From NCBI RefSeq assembly GCF_009914755.1, contig NC_060928.1: a stretch of 64,000 nucleotides of DNA. One strand, given 5' to 3'. Below are positions 1 through 11,606 of the stretch, in pieces (position 1 is the first letter of the stretch; every line of letters starts with the position of its first letter). Source of the DNA: the human T2T-CHM13v2.0 reference genome, Homo sapiens. The notes beneath the pieces were generated by a model that saw only the letters and a program-made list of their open reading frames with translations, did not search any database and was not told the DNA's origin. The position numbers and the translations under genes are program-made.

Positions 1-625
1 TTGGTGGGAGTGTAAATTAGTTCAAACATTGTAGAAGACAGTGTGGCGACTCCTCAAGCATCTAGAACTAGAAATACCATTTGACCCAGCCATCCCATTA
101 CTGAGTATATACCCAAAGGATTACAAATCATTCTACTATAAAGACACATGCACACATACGTTTATTGCGGCACTATTCACAATATCAAAGACTTGGAACC
201 AAGCCAAATGCCCATCAATGATAGACTGGATAAAGAAAATGTGGCACATATACACCATGGAATACTATACAGCCATAAAAAAGGATGAGTTCATGTCCTT
301 TGCAAGGACATGGATATCTCTGGAAACCATCATTCTCATCAAACCAACACAAGAACAGAAAATCAAATACCGCATGTTCTCACTCATAAATAGGAGTTGA
401 ACAGTGAGAACACATGGACACAGGGAGGGGAACATCACACACTGGGGCCTGTCAGGCAGTGGGGACTAGGGGAGGGATAGCATTAGGAGAAATAGCTCAT
501 GTAGATGATGGGTTGATGGGTGCAATAGACCACCATGTCACGTGTATAACTATGTAACAAATCTGCATGTTCTGCACATATACTCCAGAACTTAAAGTAT
601 AATAATAATTTTAAAAAGGTAAAAA
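1..625 (+). mobile_element. L1PA (approx. L1PA7-10) 3' end: ORF2 C-terminus, 3' UTR, A-rich tail; runs off the window start
   Basis: ORF 41-400 reads as L1 ORF2 C-terminus ([37 protein letters not shown]); typical 3' UTR ending CTTAAAGTATAATAAT at ~591-606. Confidence 0.93.
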
Positions 626-1414
626 GAAGAGGAAAACCACCACTTGAATATTTATAGTAGAGAAGAGCAACAATAAAACTTCTTCACTGACACAATAATT
701 ATAAAATGTAAAATTGGTAGAATTTAATTAGAATATAAACAATTTGACTTAAGATATTTTATTGAGAAGAGCGATGTAAATAAAGATAGATCAACTGTTG
801 CCAAAATAGTTGGCAAGAATAATATCAGTCTTAAAACTTTACTTTGTAGGCATAGAAAACTTTCCTGGTTTATCATTGCTAAATGGGTGCCTTTTGGAGT
901 TATTTGGTAATTGACATTTACAGTTCTCCTTTTGTAGTCTATACCTTTGTTTATACCTAAGTTTAAATTGCTGAATCATTATCCTATTATTATTATTAAC
1001 TTACTTTATTTTTAATTAACATCTTAAATTTTTAATTAAAATTATTTTTTATTCAATTACTTATCAATAAATAGCTATATCATTTTCTTTGTATAGATTA
1101 TATAGATTGTTTTCCTCTCTTTGAAAATTTAAGTTTTTCCACAAAACCTTTCATCCTCATTTGCTGCCACACTCACCTTTTTCACATGTACCTTAATGAG
1201 TCTTTAATTAGATGATGAAATAACAACCAAAAAGGACATTTTACTTGAAACTGGAGCTCAATAGCCATTAGGCCTTGTAATATTTCCAACCCTCCTTCTT
1301 CATCTATCGTTTGTTTGCACTAGACAAAACTCCTAGCTGATATCAAATTTTGGTAGATTAACATACCCAATAACAACCACATATATTTGGTTTGGGTCAT
1401 CTACTTTATCCAAA

Positions 1415-1520
1415 CCACTGTTACATATCATATCTGAATTGACTCACACAGCAACCTATGAGTAAGGCAGAGCAATTGTTATTAACATCATTTTACCAAT
1501 AAGAGAATCAAGATTCTAAA
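1415..1520 (-). mobile_element. MIR fragment
   Basis: CACAGCAACCTATGAGTAAGG...CATTTTACCAATAAGAGAATCAAG resembles the antisense MIR core. Confidence 0.5.
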
Positions 1521-1814
1521 TATCCAAAGAAATTGCTTTTCAAAACCCACCTTCTTTAAACACACAAGCTATTTTAGTATAAATTATTCATTAATCAGTA
1601 ATATTCATAATTCTTCCATGTATTTAATTTTGAAATAAATATTAATGTAAAAATAGAAAAACATAACATTTTTAGATTTAGGAAATATTTTATATATGAA
1701 TTAAAATTTGCAAATTAAAATTTGATTCAATATTGATGTTTTTGGATAAAGTTTTCTTTACATGTACTCATTCTCACACCATCTATGTGGAAAAAAATTG
1801 CATGTATTTTATCT

Positions 1815-1902
1815 ACACCATATATACACACACTCACACACACATAGAAACTCTAAATATATATATACACATATAACATATATACATACACACACTCATA
1901 TA
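1815..1902. repeat. mixed (CA)/(TA) microsatellite
   Basis: interleaved CA and TA runs visible directly. Confidence 0.8.
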
Positions 1903-2050
1903 TTTTTAAAAATGACAGTGTTGTTATGAGGTAGAATTTAAATAACATGTTAGTAGAAGAAATCAATGAAAAGAGATATAATATAAGAAAATAAGTTTGT
2001 AAAAAAATGATCACAGTAATTATATTTGGATAAGTGATGAAATAGTTTTA

Positions 2051-2090
2051 AGATGAGATCAGGTGTGTTCAGGGTGGTATGTCCATAGAC
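2051..2090 (-). pseudogene. 5S rRNA fragment (nt 1-40), 3'-truncated, tailless retrocopy
   Basis: Reverse complement GTCTATGGACATACCACCCTGAACACACCTGATCTCATCT matches 5S rRNA nt 1-40 (GTCTACGGCCATACCACCCTGAACGCGCCCGATCTCGTCT) at 34/40; 5 of the 6 differences are CpG transitions; starts exactly at the 5S +1. Confidence 0.9.
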
Positions 2091-2723
2091 AGATTTAGAA
2101 AATTCTTTTCAAAAATTCAGCAAAACTGTAAAAGAACCTGAATAACCAAGGTAATCCTGAGCAAAAAGAAAAGAACAAAGTTACAGGCATGACACTACCT
2201 GACTTCAAACTATACTACAATGCTACTGTAACTAAAACAGCACGGTACTGGTAAAAATCAGACACATAGATTAATGGAGTAGGATAGAGAACCAAGAAAT
2301 AAAGCCACACACCTACAACCATCTGACCTTTGACAAAACCAACAACAAGAAGCAATGGGGAAAAGACTCCCTATTCAATAAGCAGTGCTGAGATAACTGG
2401 CTAGTCATATGCAGAAGACTGAAACTGGACCCCTTTCATCATGTACAAATGTCAATTTAAGATGGATTAAAGACTTAAATGTAAGATCTAGAACTATAAA
2501 ATCCCTAGATAGAAACCTAGGAAATACCATTTTGGACATAGGCCCTTGCAAAGATATCATGTTGAAGATTCCATAAGCAATTGCAATAAAAACAAAAATT
2601 GATAAGTATAACTTGATTAAACTTAAGAGCTTCTGCACAGTGAAAGAAACTATCAACAGAGCAAAACAAGAACCTACAAAATAGAAGACAATATTTGCAA
2701 AGCATGCATCCACCAAAGGTCTA

Positions 2724-3401
2724 TGATACAGTTTGGCTGTGTCCCCACCAAAATCTCATCTTAAATTCCCATACGATGTAGGAGGGACCCAGTGGGAGGT
2801 AATTGAATCATGGGAGCAGGTCTTTCTCATGCTGTTCTTGTGATAGTGAATAAGTCTCATGAGATCTGATGGTTTTATTTATATATTTATTGTATCTATT
2901 TAATTAATTTTTTTGAGATGGAGTCTTGTTCTGTAACCCAGGCTGGAATGCAGTGGCATGATCTCAGCTCACTGCAAGCTCCATCTCCTGCGTTCATGCC
3001 ATTCTCCTGCCTCAGCCTCCTGAGTAGCTGGGACTACAGGCACCCACCACCACGCCCAGCTAATTTTTTGTATTTTTAGTAGAGACAGTGTTTCACCATT
3101 TTAGCCAGGATGGTCTCAATCTCCTGACCTCATGATCCACCTGCCTCAGTGTCCCAAAGTGCTGGGATTACAGGCATGAGCCACCGCACTTGGCTGAGAT
3201 CTGATGGTTTTAAAAGGGGAGTTTTCCTGCACAAGCCCTCTTCTCTTACCTGCCACCAACTGAGATGTGCCTTTTACCTTCCACCATGATTGTGAGGCCT
3301 CTCCAGTCACATGGAACTGTAAGTCCGATAAACCTCTTTATTTTGTAAATTGCTCAGTCTCAGGTATATCTTTATCAGCAGCAAGAAAATGGACTAATAC
3401 A
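2724..3401 (+). mobile_element. THE1C-like MaLR solo LTR (interrupted by AluY)
   Basis: Begins TGATACAGTTTGGCTGTGTCCCCAC, ends GGACTAATACA; TSD GTCTA/GTCTG (2719-2723 / 3402-3406). Confidence 0.9.
2877..3195 (-). mobile_element. AluY
   Basis: Full dimer with Y-type motifs (GCAAGCTCC, ATGCCATTCTCC, TTAGCCAGGATGGTCTC); 16-bp TSD GAGATCTGATGGTTTT at 2861-2876 and 3196-3211. Confidence 0.93.
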
Positions 3402-3614
3402 GTCTGTATCCAAAATCAATGAGGAATTTAATGAAATCAAGAAGCAAAAAACAAAGAAACCCATTTAAAAAAATGGGCAAAGGACATGAACAGACACTTC
3501 TCCAAAGAAGACATACAGTCAACCAACAAGCATATGAAAAATGCTCAACATCACTAACTATGGCAAGATGAAAATCAAACCACAGTGATAAACCATCTCA
3601 CACCAGTCAGAATG

Positions 3615-4078
3615 TGTAGGAAATCAGCCAGAGTGGTGGGAGAAATGACAGGGAAAGGAGCAGGCCTTCCCAAAAGGCTGGAAGGCTTTGCAAAGCTCCA
3701 GGGGAGAATAGCTGAAGGCTGCTGTTCTCTGACCCTAAGGCAGAGGGCAAGGAGTAGGTACAAGGAAGTGTAGGGGAATTTATCTTAAACAGGCTTGTTT
3801 ACTTATGTTGACTGGGAACCCAATCTTTGATCATCCATGCACGTGAGGTTCCCTGAAAGGGGAACTATAAATGTTAATTACCCACAGATTGTGTTTGGTC
3901 CAGGCTTTTGGCATTCTGTCTGCTCTGAATAAAAGCAAGCAGCTTCAGCTTCTTGGGGTTGCTGCTGCACCTTGGCCACTAGAGCCCAGAAGCCCCCAGC
4001 TGCTCTTACACTGCATACCTGTGTCTGAGTACTCCTTTCATCCGTCACTCAGCTAGGGCCTGTGGGACTGACCGGGCA
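3615..4078 (+). mobile_element. LTR22-family solo LTR (HERV-K HML-5)
   Basis: TGTAGGAAATCAGCCAGAGTGGTGGGAG start, ...GGGACTGACCGGGCA end, AATAAA at ~3928; TSD AGAATG/AGATTG; interrupts L1 ORF2. Confidence 0.8.
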
Positions 4079-4480
4079 AGATTGGCCATTAGTAAAAAGT
4101 CAGAAATACCACATGCTGGTAAGGTTGTGGAGAAGGGGGAACGCTTATACATTGTCAGTTGGAATGTAAATTAGTTCAGACATTGTGGAAAGCAATTTGG
4201 AGATTTCTCAAAGAACTTAAAATGGAACTACCATTCGACCTAGCTATCCCACTTCTGGGTATATATGCAAAGGAATATAAATTATTCTACAGTAAAGACA
4301 CATGCACACATATGTTCATTGCGGCACTATTTACAATAGCAAAGACATGAAATCAACCTAGATGCCCATTAGCAGTGGACTGAATAAAGAAAATGTGATG
4401 CATATACACAATGGAATAGTACACAGCCATGAAAATAATGAAATCATGCCCTCTGCAGCAACACAAGTGGAGTTGGAGGG

Positions 4481-4582
4481 CATTATCTATCCTAAGCGAA
4501 TTAACATGGGAACAGAAAACCAAATACTGCACATTATCTATCCTAAGCGAATTAACATGGGAACAGAAAACCAAATACTGCA
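4481..4582. repeat. perfect 51-bp tandem duplication inside the L1
   Basis: 4481-4531 identical to 4532-4582. Confidence 0.95.
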
Positions 4583-4819
4583 TGTTCTCACTTATAAGTG
4601 GGAGTTAAACATTGGATACATGTGGACACAAAAACGGGAACAACAGACTCTGGGGTCTACTTGAGGGCAGAGGGTAGGAGAAGGGTGATAATTGAAAAAC
4701 TACCTATTGGGTACTATCCTAATTACCTGGGTGACAAAATTATCTGTACACCAAACCCCTGGTCCACAATTTACCCGTGTAACACACCTACAAATGTACA
4801 CACCTAACCTAAAATAAAT

Positions 4820-5270
4820 TTTATTGCGGCATTATTCACAATAGCAAAGACTTGGAACCAACCCAAATGTCCAACAATGATAGACTGGATTAAGAAAATG
4901 TGGCACATATACACCATGGAATACTATGTAGCCATAAAAAATGATGAGTTCATGTCCTTTGTAGGGACATGGATGAAATTGGAAATCATCATTCTCAGTA
5001 AACTATCGCAAGAACAAAAAAACCAAACACCGCATATTCTCACTCATAGGTGGGAATTGAACAATGAGAACACATGGACACAGGAAGGGGAACATCACAC
5101 TCTGGGGACTGTGGTGGGGTCGGGGGAGGGGGGAGGGATAGCACTGGGAGATATACCTAATGCTAGATGATGAGTTAGTGGGTGCAGCCCACCAGCATGG
5201 CACATGTATACATATGTAACTAACTTGCACATTGTGCACATGTACCCTAAAATTTAAAGTATAAAAAAAA
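4820..5270 (+). mobile_element. young L1 3' end (L1PA2/3-like, GAG type), ~450 bp
   Basis: ORF2 C-terminus (ORF 4877-5170, frameshifted at an A7 run); GCTAGATGATGAGTTAGTGGG; A tail; inserted into the poly(A)-signal region of the older L1. Confidence 0.92.
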
Positions 5271-5689
5271 AGTTGGAAAGAAAAAAAATAGCTGTAGAAA
5301 TTAATTTATGGCAGATATCCCAGATGAATAATGTCATGTGATCTCATGTCGTCTTTCTCAAATTCAAAATATATAAGTGACATAAACTTTTAAAATATGA
5401 GGGAAAACTCAATAATAAAGATTTCTAGAAAGCTATCTGTGTATTTGTTTATTATTGGCATTCGTAGTTCTAATTGGAAAAAACTTAGATTCATCTGCAA
5501 CATACAAAATGCATTTCAACATAAGTATTTTTAGATAATGGGAACTAATGGTGTAATGCAAAATAAATAATAAAAACTACTCTTCAAGACTTAGTTCATT
5601 TGTAAGTAGTTGTTATGGAGCTGGTGTATATATTACCAGTTGGCTTAGAAGAATTTTTAGCCAGGTGAACTGGTTAATATTTATTAAGA

Positions 5690-6930
5690 TCTCTGAGTGA
5701 CCCTGGGTTTTTCTACCTCTAATCTCTTTTTTGTCCAGAAAATTTTAGCCATACTAGCCTTATTTTTTGAACACGTCAGACACTTTCCTTTCCAAGGCCT
5801 TTGAAACTTGCCATTCTTTCTAGAATATCTCTCCCCCAGAAATCCATAAGATTTGCTTCTCATCACCTTCCACTCATGACCCAAATGTCTTTTCATGGAG
5901 GCCTTCTTTGAATCCCTTATTCAAAATTAAATTTAAAATTTCACCCTGATCCAGAAACTTCTACCTAATTTTTTTCTTTTCTTTTTTTTTTTTTTAATTT
6001 TTTTTATTATACTCTAAGTTTTAGGGTACATGTGCACATTGTGCAGGTTAGTTACATATGGATACATGTGCCATGCTGGTGTGCTGCACCCACTAATGTG
6101 TCATCTAGCATTAGGTATATCTCCCAGTGCTATCCCTCCCCCCTCCCCCGACCCCACCACAGTCCCCAGAGTGTGATGTTCCCCTTCCTGTGTCCATGTG
6201 TTCTCATTGTTCAATTCCCACCTATGAGTGAGAATATGCGGTGTTTGGTTTTTTGTTCTTGCGATACTTTACTGAGAATGATGGTTTCCAATTTCATCCA
6301 TGTCCCTACAAAGGACATGAACTCATCATTTTTTATGGCTGCATAGTATTCCATGGTGTATATGTGCCACATTTTCTTAATCCAGTCTATCATTGTTGGA
6401 CATTTGGGTTGGTTCCAAGTCTTTGCTATTGTGAATAGTGCCGCAATAAACATACGTGTGCATGTGTCTTTATAGCAGCATGATTTATAGTCCTTTGGGT
6501 ATATACCCAGTAAAGGGATGGCTGGGTCAAATGGTATTTCTAGTTCTAGATCCCTGAGGAATCGCCACACTGACTTCCACAATGGTTGAACTAGTTTACA
6601 GTCCCACCAACAGTGTAAAAGTGTTCCTATTTCTCCACATCCTCTCCAGCACCTGTTGTTTCCTGACTTTTTAATGATTGCCATTCTAACTGGTGTGAGA
6701 TGATATCTCATAGTGGTTTTGATTTGCATTTCTCTTTTTTCTACTTCATTTTATTAGTTCTCATTACCATCTAACTTATTATATACATACCTATGTGTTT
6801 GCCTCTCTCTCTGCCAAATAATTCATGTTGAAAGTAGTGATTCTTTCCTATCCTGATTGTTAGATATCCACAGTGCCAACAAAAGTGTCTATTACATAGT
6901 AGGTCTTCAATTAATATGTATGAATGAATA
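5690..6930 (+). mobile_element. L2 3' portion, interrupted by L1HS
   Basis: Degenerate L2 motifs on both sides; ends ACATAGTAGGTCTTCAATTAATATGTATGAATGAAT. Confidence 0.6.
5978..6735 (-). mobile_element. L1HS Ta (Ta-0-like), 5'-truncated, ~760 bp
   Basis: Sense strand GATGACACATTAG (ACA at 6097-6099) and CTTAGAGTAT (G at 6014); CCCAAAGGACTATA is the Ta-0 state; uninterrupted 172-aa ORF2 C-terminus (6211-6729) with the Cys-rich knuckle; poly(A) tail; short TSD TTTTTCT (5971-5977 / 6736-6742). Confidence 0.9.
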
Positions 6931-8214
6931 AGAATATCCTTGAAATGCTCTCTTTTAGTTAATGGTTAGGTTATGCTCATATATGGGTCTGACCTTATGC
7001 AGGAATATCAGTACATTTCTCATGTAAATTTAAATTTTTCCTTCTTCCAGTTCATCATATCCCAAAATTTATAATTATTTTTACCCATATCTCTATTTGG
7101 GATTAGATAAAATTATATACTGTACTCTTAAAATCTCTATGAGAAAATTCAAACAGGACTTTTAATTGTATAGTTTTAAATTCATTTTGATTGTTCATAT
7201 TGACTTATTTTTTTAAAGTATCAAAATACTACTTGTATAAAAAGGGATTTAAAAGTCATTCACATTTTTCCACAGAAAAGAAAATGTTTACATTTTGAGT
7301 CTTTCAGTCTTTCCCTTCATTTTTTACATTACAATATTCACATTACCCTGTTCTTAACAAACTCATTTAAACATAACAGGATATTTCACATCATATGAAT
7401 GTAAAAATTTTACCAAATAATTTTCTTTCCTTCCACTGAGGTTATTTCCAATTAATTTTAACTAACATTAAAATAATTATGTTTGTAAAATCTTTGATAA
7501 TATATTTAATACTATTTCATTTTGATACATTCCCAGAAGACTCCTAGTTCAAAAAACAACAACATTTTAAGGATTTTTTGTGTGTATTATCAATTTAATT
7601 TCCTGTGAGCTTTATACATCCTTCAGACATTAACGGAGTATGACTTTGACAACTAACACTGGATGCTCCTCTTAAACAAATGTTTTTTTTTAAATTAATG
7701 GGAAAATTCTACCTCATTATTATTATATTTACTTTTGAGATGGCACATTAATCAAAGTTTATTAGGTCTAAATGAACTGTATGAGTAAATGATCTACTTA
7801 TTGGTATAATTTTTTTCATTTATCTATTAAGTGTTTATTATTGTCTGTCATTTTTCTATGATCTCTTTTTATATATGAAGGAAAGATCTTTAACATCTGT
7901 ATTTGCACATACTTTATCCATATGATTGACTCTACATGAAACATTTTTATGGACAAAAAATTTTCATACATGTTTTGGTCATCAAGTTTTTCTTTTTCTG
8001 CTTTATATTCTGTAATATTTTAGGTCACCTCCACTCTTTAATGTAGTATATGAAAGCCTAGAGCATTGGACAGCCAGATGGAAAATGAAATAGTTATGAT
8101 TTTACCATAGCAAAAACAGTCAGGTGCTTCATAGACACGGCTGTTATTTGTTGACTTATTTCTAGCAAAGTTGGTCTAACTACCACTACAAATTTAGCCT
8201 TTGTTGTTAGATTA

Positions 8215-8740
8215 CTTGAGCTAAAATCCCAAGTATTATAATAGCTACTCGTGTACCTGTGGGAAAATTTTCTTTGTTCGTTGCTTGTCTCATCTGTTAA
8301 CAATAGGGATTGTTACAGGGTGTGTTGTGTTTCCACAGAAATCATATGTTGGGGTTCTAATTTCCAGCAGTACCTCAGAATGTGACTGATATTGGAGACA
8401 GGTATTTAAAAAAATAGTTAAGGTTAAATGTGGTCTTAATCCAGCATGACTGACATCATTATAAGAAGAGGAGATTAGGACACAGGCACACAAAAAATAG
8501 ACCATTTGTAGATACCAGAGGAAGAACATTATCTACAAACCAAGGAAAGAGACCTTAGAATGAAATAAGCTCTGCTGTCAATTTGATCTTAGACTCCTGG
8601 CCTACAGAACAGAGACAATGTTAATTTCTGTTGTTTAAGCCATTCAGTCTGTGGTTCTTTGTAATGGCATCCTTAGCACACTAGCACAGGGATCGTACTT
8701 ATCTAACTCATATCCTTGTTATAATGACTCAAAAACTTAT
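8215..8740 (+). mobile_element. MIR split by MLT1B
   Basis: CTCATCTGTTAACAATAGGGAT core before the LTR continues as GGGATCGTACTTATCTAACTCATA after it. Confidence 0.55.
8311..8688 (+). mobile_element. MLT1B-like MaLR solo LTR
   Basis: TG...CA ends; CCTCAGAATGTGACT and TTTCTGTTGTTTAAGCC motifs; perfect TSD GGGAT (8306-8310 / 8689-8693). Confidence 0.88.
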
Positions 8741-9214
8741 AGAAATAAATTTCATGGAATAACATTGGACAAATAGAACTCAATCTTGCCATTCATAATG
8801 AGGAACATTTTTATAGATTTAGAAATAAAAGGTCACAGCAGGCAGATACAAGGCGTAACAATAACTGTCAGATTACAGATGATTTACAACTATTTTGTTA
8901 ATTATCATTATTTGTTTAAAATCAAATCCAGTATACTGTTCCACACAAGCAAATTTGCCAAAGATGGTAGATGGAAAAATAAAAACAGACTGTAAAAATC
9001 TTGTGATATTGAGGAATTTTCTGCATTAGTTTTTTTTAATTTATTTCCAGAATATATGTAAGAAACAATGTTTAATATATTCTTTGAAAGATCCAGCTGA
9101 AAGACATATAAAAAGAAATAGCTATATAGGGAGAAATCTGGGTTATCGTCCAAAGCATTGTATTTACCTATCATTACTACACCACTAATGGCAACAATTA
9201 CTAAGTAATTTCTA

Positions 9215-9435
9215 CTCACTTATTGACTTTTCCCACTGTTAGACACCATGCTAATTACTTTAGAAACAATGCCTTATTTAAGCTTTATAAAAAGTGAATG
9301 AAGTATGTACTAGTAGTGTTTTTATTTTACAGATGAGGAAAGGTATTTAAAGAGGTTCAAGAACCTGGTGGAGTTTCCACAGGAAGAACTTGGGAGAGCA
9401 AGGATGCGGGTCCTGCTGTACCTGAGTCTAAAGAG
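9215..9435 (-). mobile_element. MIR
   Basis: ATTTTACAGATGAGGAAAG core and flanking MIR-like sequence. Confidence 0.65.
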
Positions 9436-11109
9436 TCACTGGAGTATACTGTGAACATATTCCCTGAATTGGGTGTTGTCCTTTGTGGGCCACCACTGTA
9501 AATAGGAAAATTTGAATACTACAATGTAACCCTTTTCAATTTTAAATTGATATGATGCAATTGCTTCAAATTTTAATATTTTTATAATTATACAGGGGCT
9601 TTAAAATAGTTTCTAAATTGCATGTTGAAGAAAGTAACTCTCTAGAATTTAAAGAATTGATGACAGACCATGTTAATGGTAAATATGTCTTACTTTTTTT
9701 TACTGGCAGGAAATTATCACCCATAAATCCATGGAAGAACTTATATATATTTATGGCTATCAGCAGATATATTTATTTTTCTCATATGGGGCACCAAAAG
9801 ACTGATAAATATAGAATTTAATAAAACAGGCACAAATGCTGACCTTTTGGTGATTTAAGTCTCTCAGAATCTTTGCATGTTTTACTCTGACGTAAACAGA
9901 TGAAAATACAGAAGTAAAGACGTATTTGTAAAGTAACTTTCTTATGATTTATTTAAAATAACCTTAATGCAAGGGAAAACTATCAGCAAACTTGACTTTA
10001 GCTCTTACAAAATCATTAGCTGAGGTTTCTAGAAAAAAACTATGGACAATTAAAAGGATCTTAAAAAAATACTCTTAGACCATCAGATTCCAAGAATGAA
10101 AAAAGAAAAAAATAGATTCTTAAATCACAAATCTCTTAGCCCTGCATCTCCCAATAAAAATGATTTTTCTATTTCTTATCATTAATCTTTCAACCTACTG
10201 TTCAAAACAAAAATTATTCTTTCATCTTGGCATGAATCTGTCAAAGGCACTGCTTCCAACAAAATTGACTTCTCTAATTTATGTTTCTTTCCCTGAATCT
10301 CTCAAGCCCGTGTTCTCAATTAAAAAAAAAATAAAAAATCTTATTCTGTACTTCTGAGATCTTTGGGTCACATGAAAATTGCATTTTCATTTTGGTTAAC
10401 GTGTTCCAATTTTCAAAATAAATATATATTTTTTGAAAAATAGAAAAAAGTGTTTTTAATAGACTGAATACATGATCATTTTAAATAATATAAAATACTT
10501 ATTGTTGAAACATATACAAACATTTGAAGTCATAAAATAGGTTGTAATATTGTTGTTTGCTTTATAAGTATATATTCCATAAAGATTATTTTTCATTTTA
10601 ACAAGATATAGACATGTTACATATTATCTATAACATGTCTTCACTTCACATTTTTCTTTCTTTTGGGAAGGGAGAGTCTCCAGTTTCAGGGAAAAAGGGA
10701 TGATTTTTTTCTTTTAACTGAATCCTGAGTGGCAGACACTATCTGGCACAATATATCCATCCAGTTTATCATTTTTGTTTGAATACATTGAATCAAAAAA
10801 TACAGTTTTAAATTTCTATATAGTTTATTTGCTTACGTATTTTATGATACACTTTAAATCAATCATCTAGAAAACATTTAATTGTGTAACTATGTATAGC
10901 TATGTTAAAAAACAGTATAGCGTTTAGAACCAAAATACCTAGATTGGCGATGACTTAAGGAATATGTCTCAGCAGAGTTGGCAGTGGAAATATATTTTTT
11001 ATTTAACAGATGTCATAGCCTCCTCACTCTCAAAAGTAACAAGTGTTTGACTAGTTCTTATACTGAAGTAAAATTGTTCTCATATGAACAATGTGATATA
11101 TCCTATTTA

Positions 11110-11606
11110 CAGTCATTCCCCCTGCTTATCTGTGATTTTGCTTTTCATGGGTTTAGTTACCTGTCAACTGTGGTCTGACAATAATAAATGGAAAATTCCA
11201 GAAACAAACAATTTACAAGTTTTAAATTGCTTGCTGTTCTGAGTATCATGATAAAATCTTATACCATCCTGTTCTATTCGGCCCATGATGTATATCCTTC
11301 CTTTGTGCACCATATTCACAGTATAGACCCTGCCCACCTGTGAGTCACTTCGTAGCACTTTCGGTTATCAGACTGACAAATGCTTGTGTTCAAGTAACCC
11401 TTGGTTTGCTTATAATGGCCCCAAAGCATAAGAGTAGTTATACTGCCAAACTGTAATAATTGTTCTATTTTATTATTATATATTGTTGTTAATCTCTTGC
11501 TCTGCCTGATTTATACATTAAAATTTCTCATTAATTACTATTTGTGGTTTCAGGCATCCAATGGAGATCTCGAAACATCACCCTCACAAATTTGGGGAGA
11601 CTACTG
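11110..11606 (+). mobile_element. MER44-like (Tigger7 family) MITE
   Basis: TIRs CAGTCATTCCCCC...GGGGAGACTACTG after TA; internal AATGGAAAATTCCAGAAACAAACAATTTACAAGTTTTAAATTG. Confidence 0.8.

Larger units (their letters stand above)
2089..5290 (+). mobile_element. 5'-truncated old primate L1 (L1PA15/16-like), ORF2 3' part plus 3' UTR, split by THE1C, LTR22 and a young L1
   Basis: Collinear ORF2 pieces at 2089-2723, 3407-3614 and 4085-4818; 3' UTR GAAAAACTACCTATTGGGTACTAT...CCTAAAATAAA; terminal AGTTGGAAAGAAAAAAAA at 5271-5288; candidate TSD AAATAGTTTTA (2040-2050) / AAATAGCTGTA (5286-5296). Confidence 0.88.

Noticed and set aside
2051-2090. Functional 5S rRNA gene
   Set aside because: Only 40 of ~120 nt; lacks the internal promoter boxes and terminator; CpG-decayed
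5631-5679. Imperfect hairpin resembling a pre-miRNA
   Set aside because: Short, bulged stem; more likely a decayed DNA-transposon remnant, with no other support
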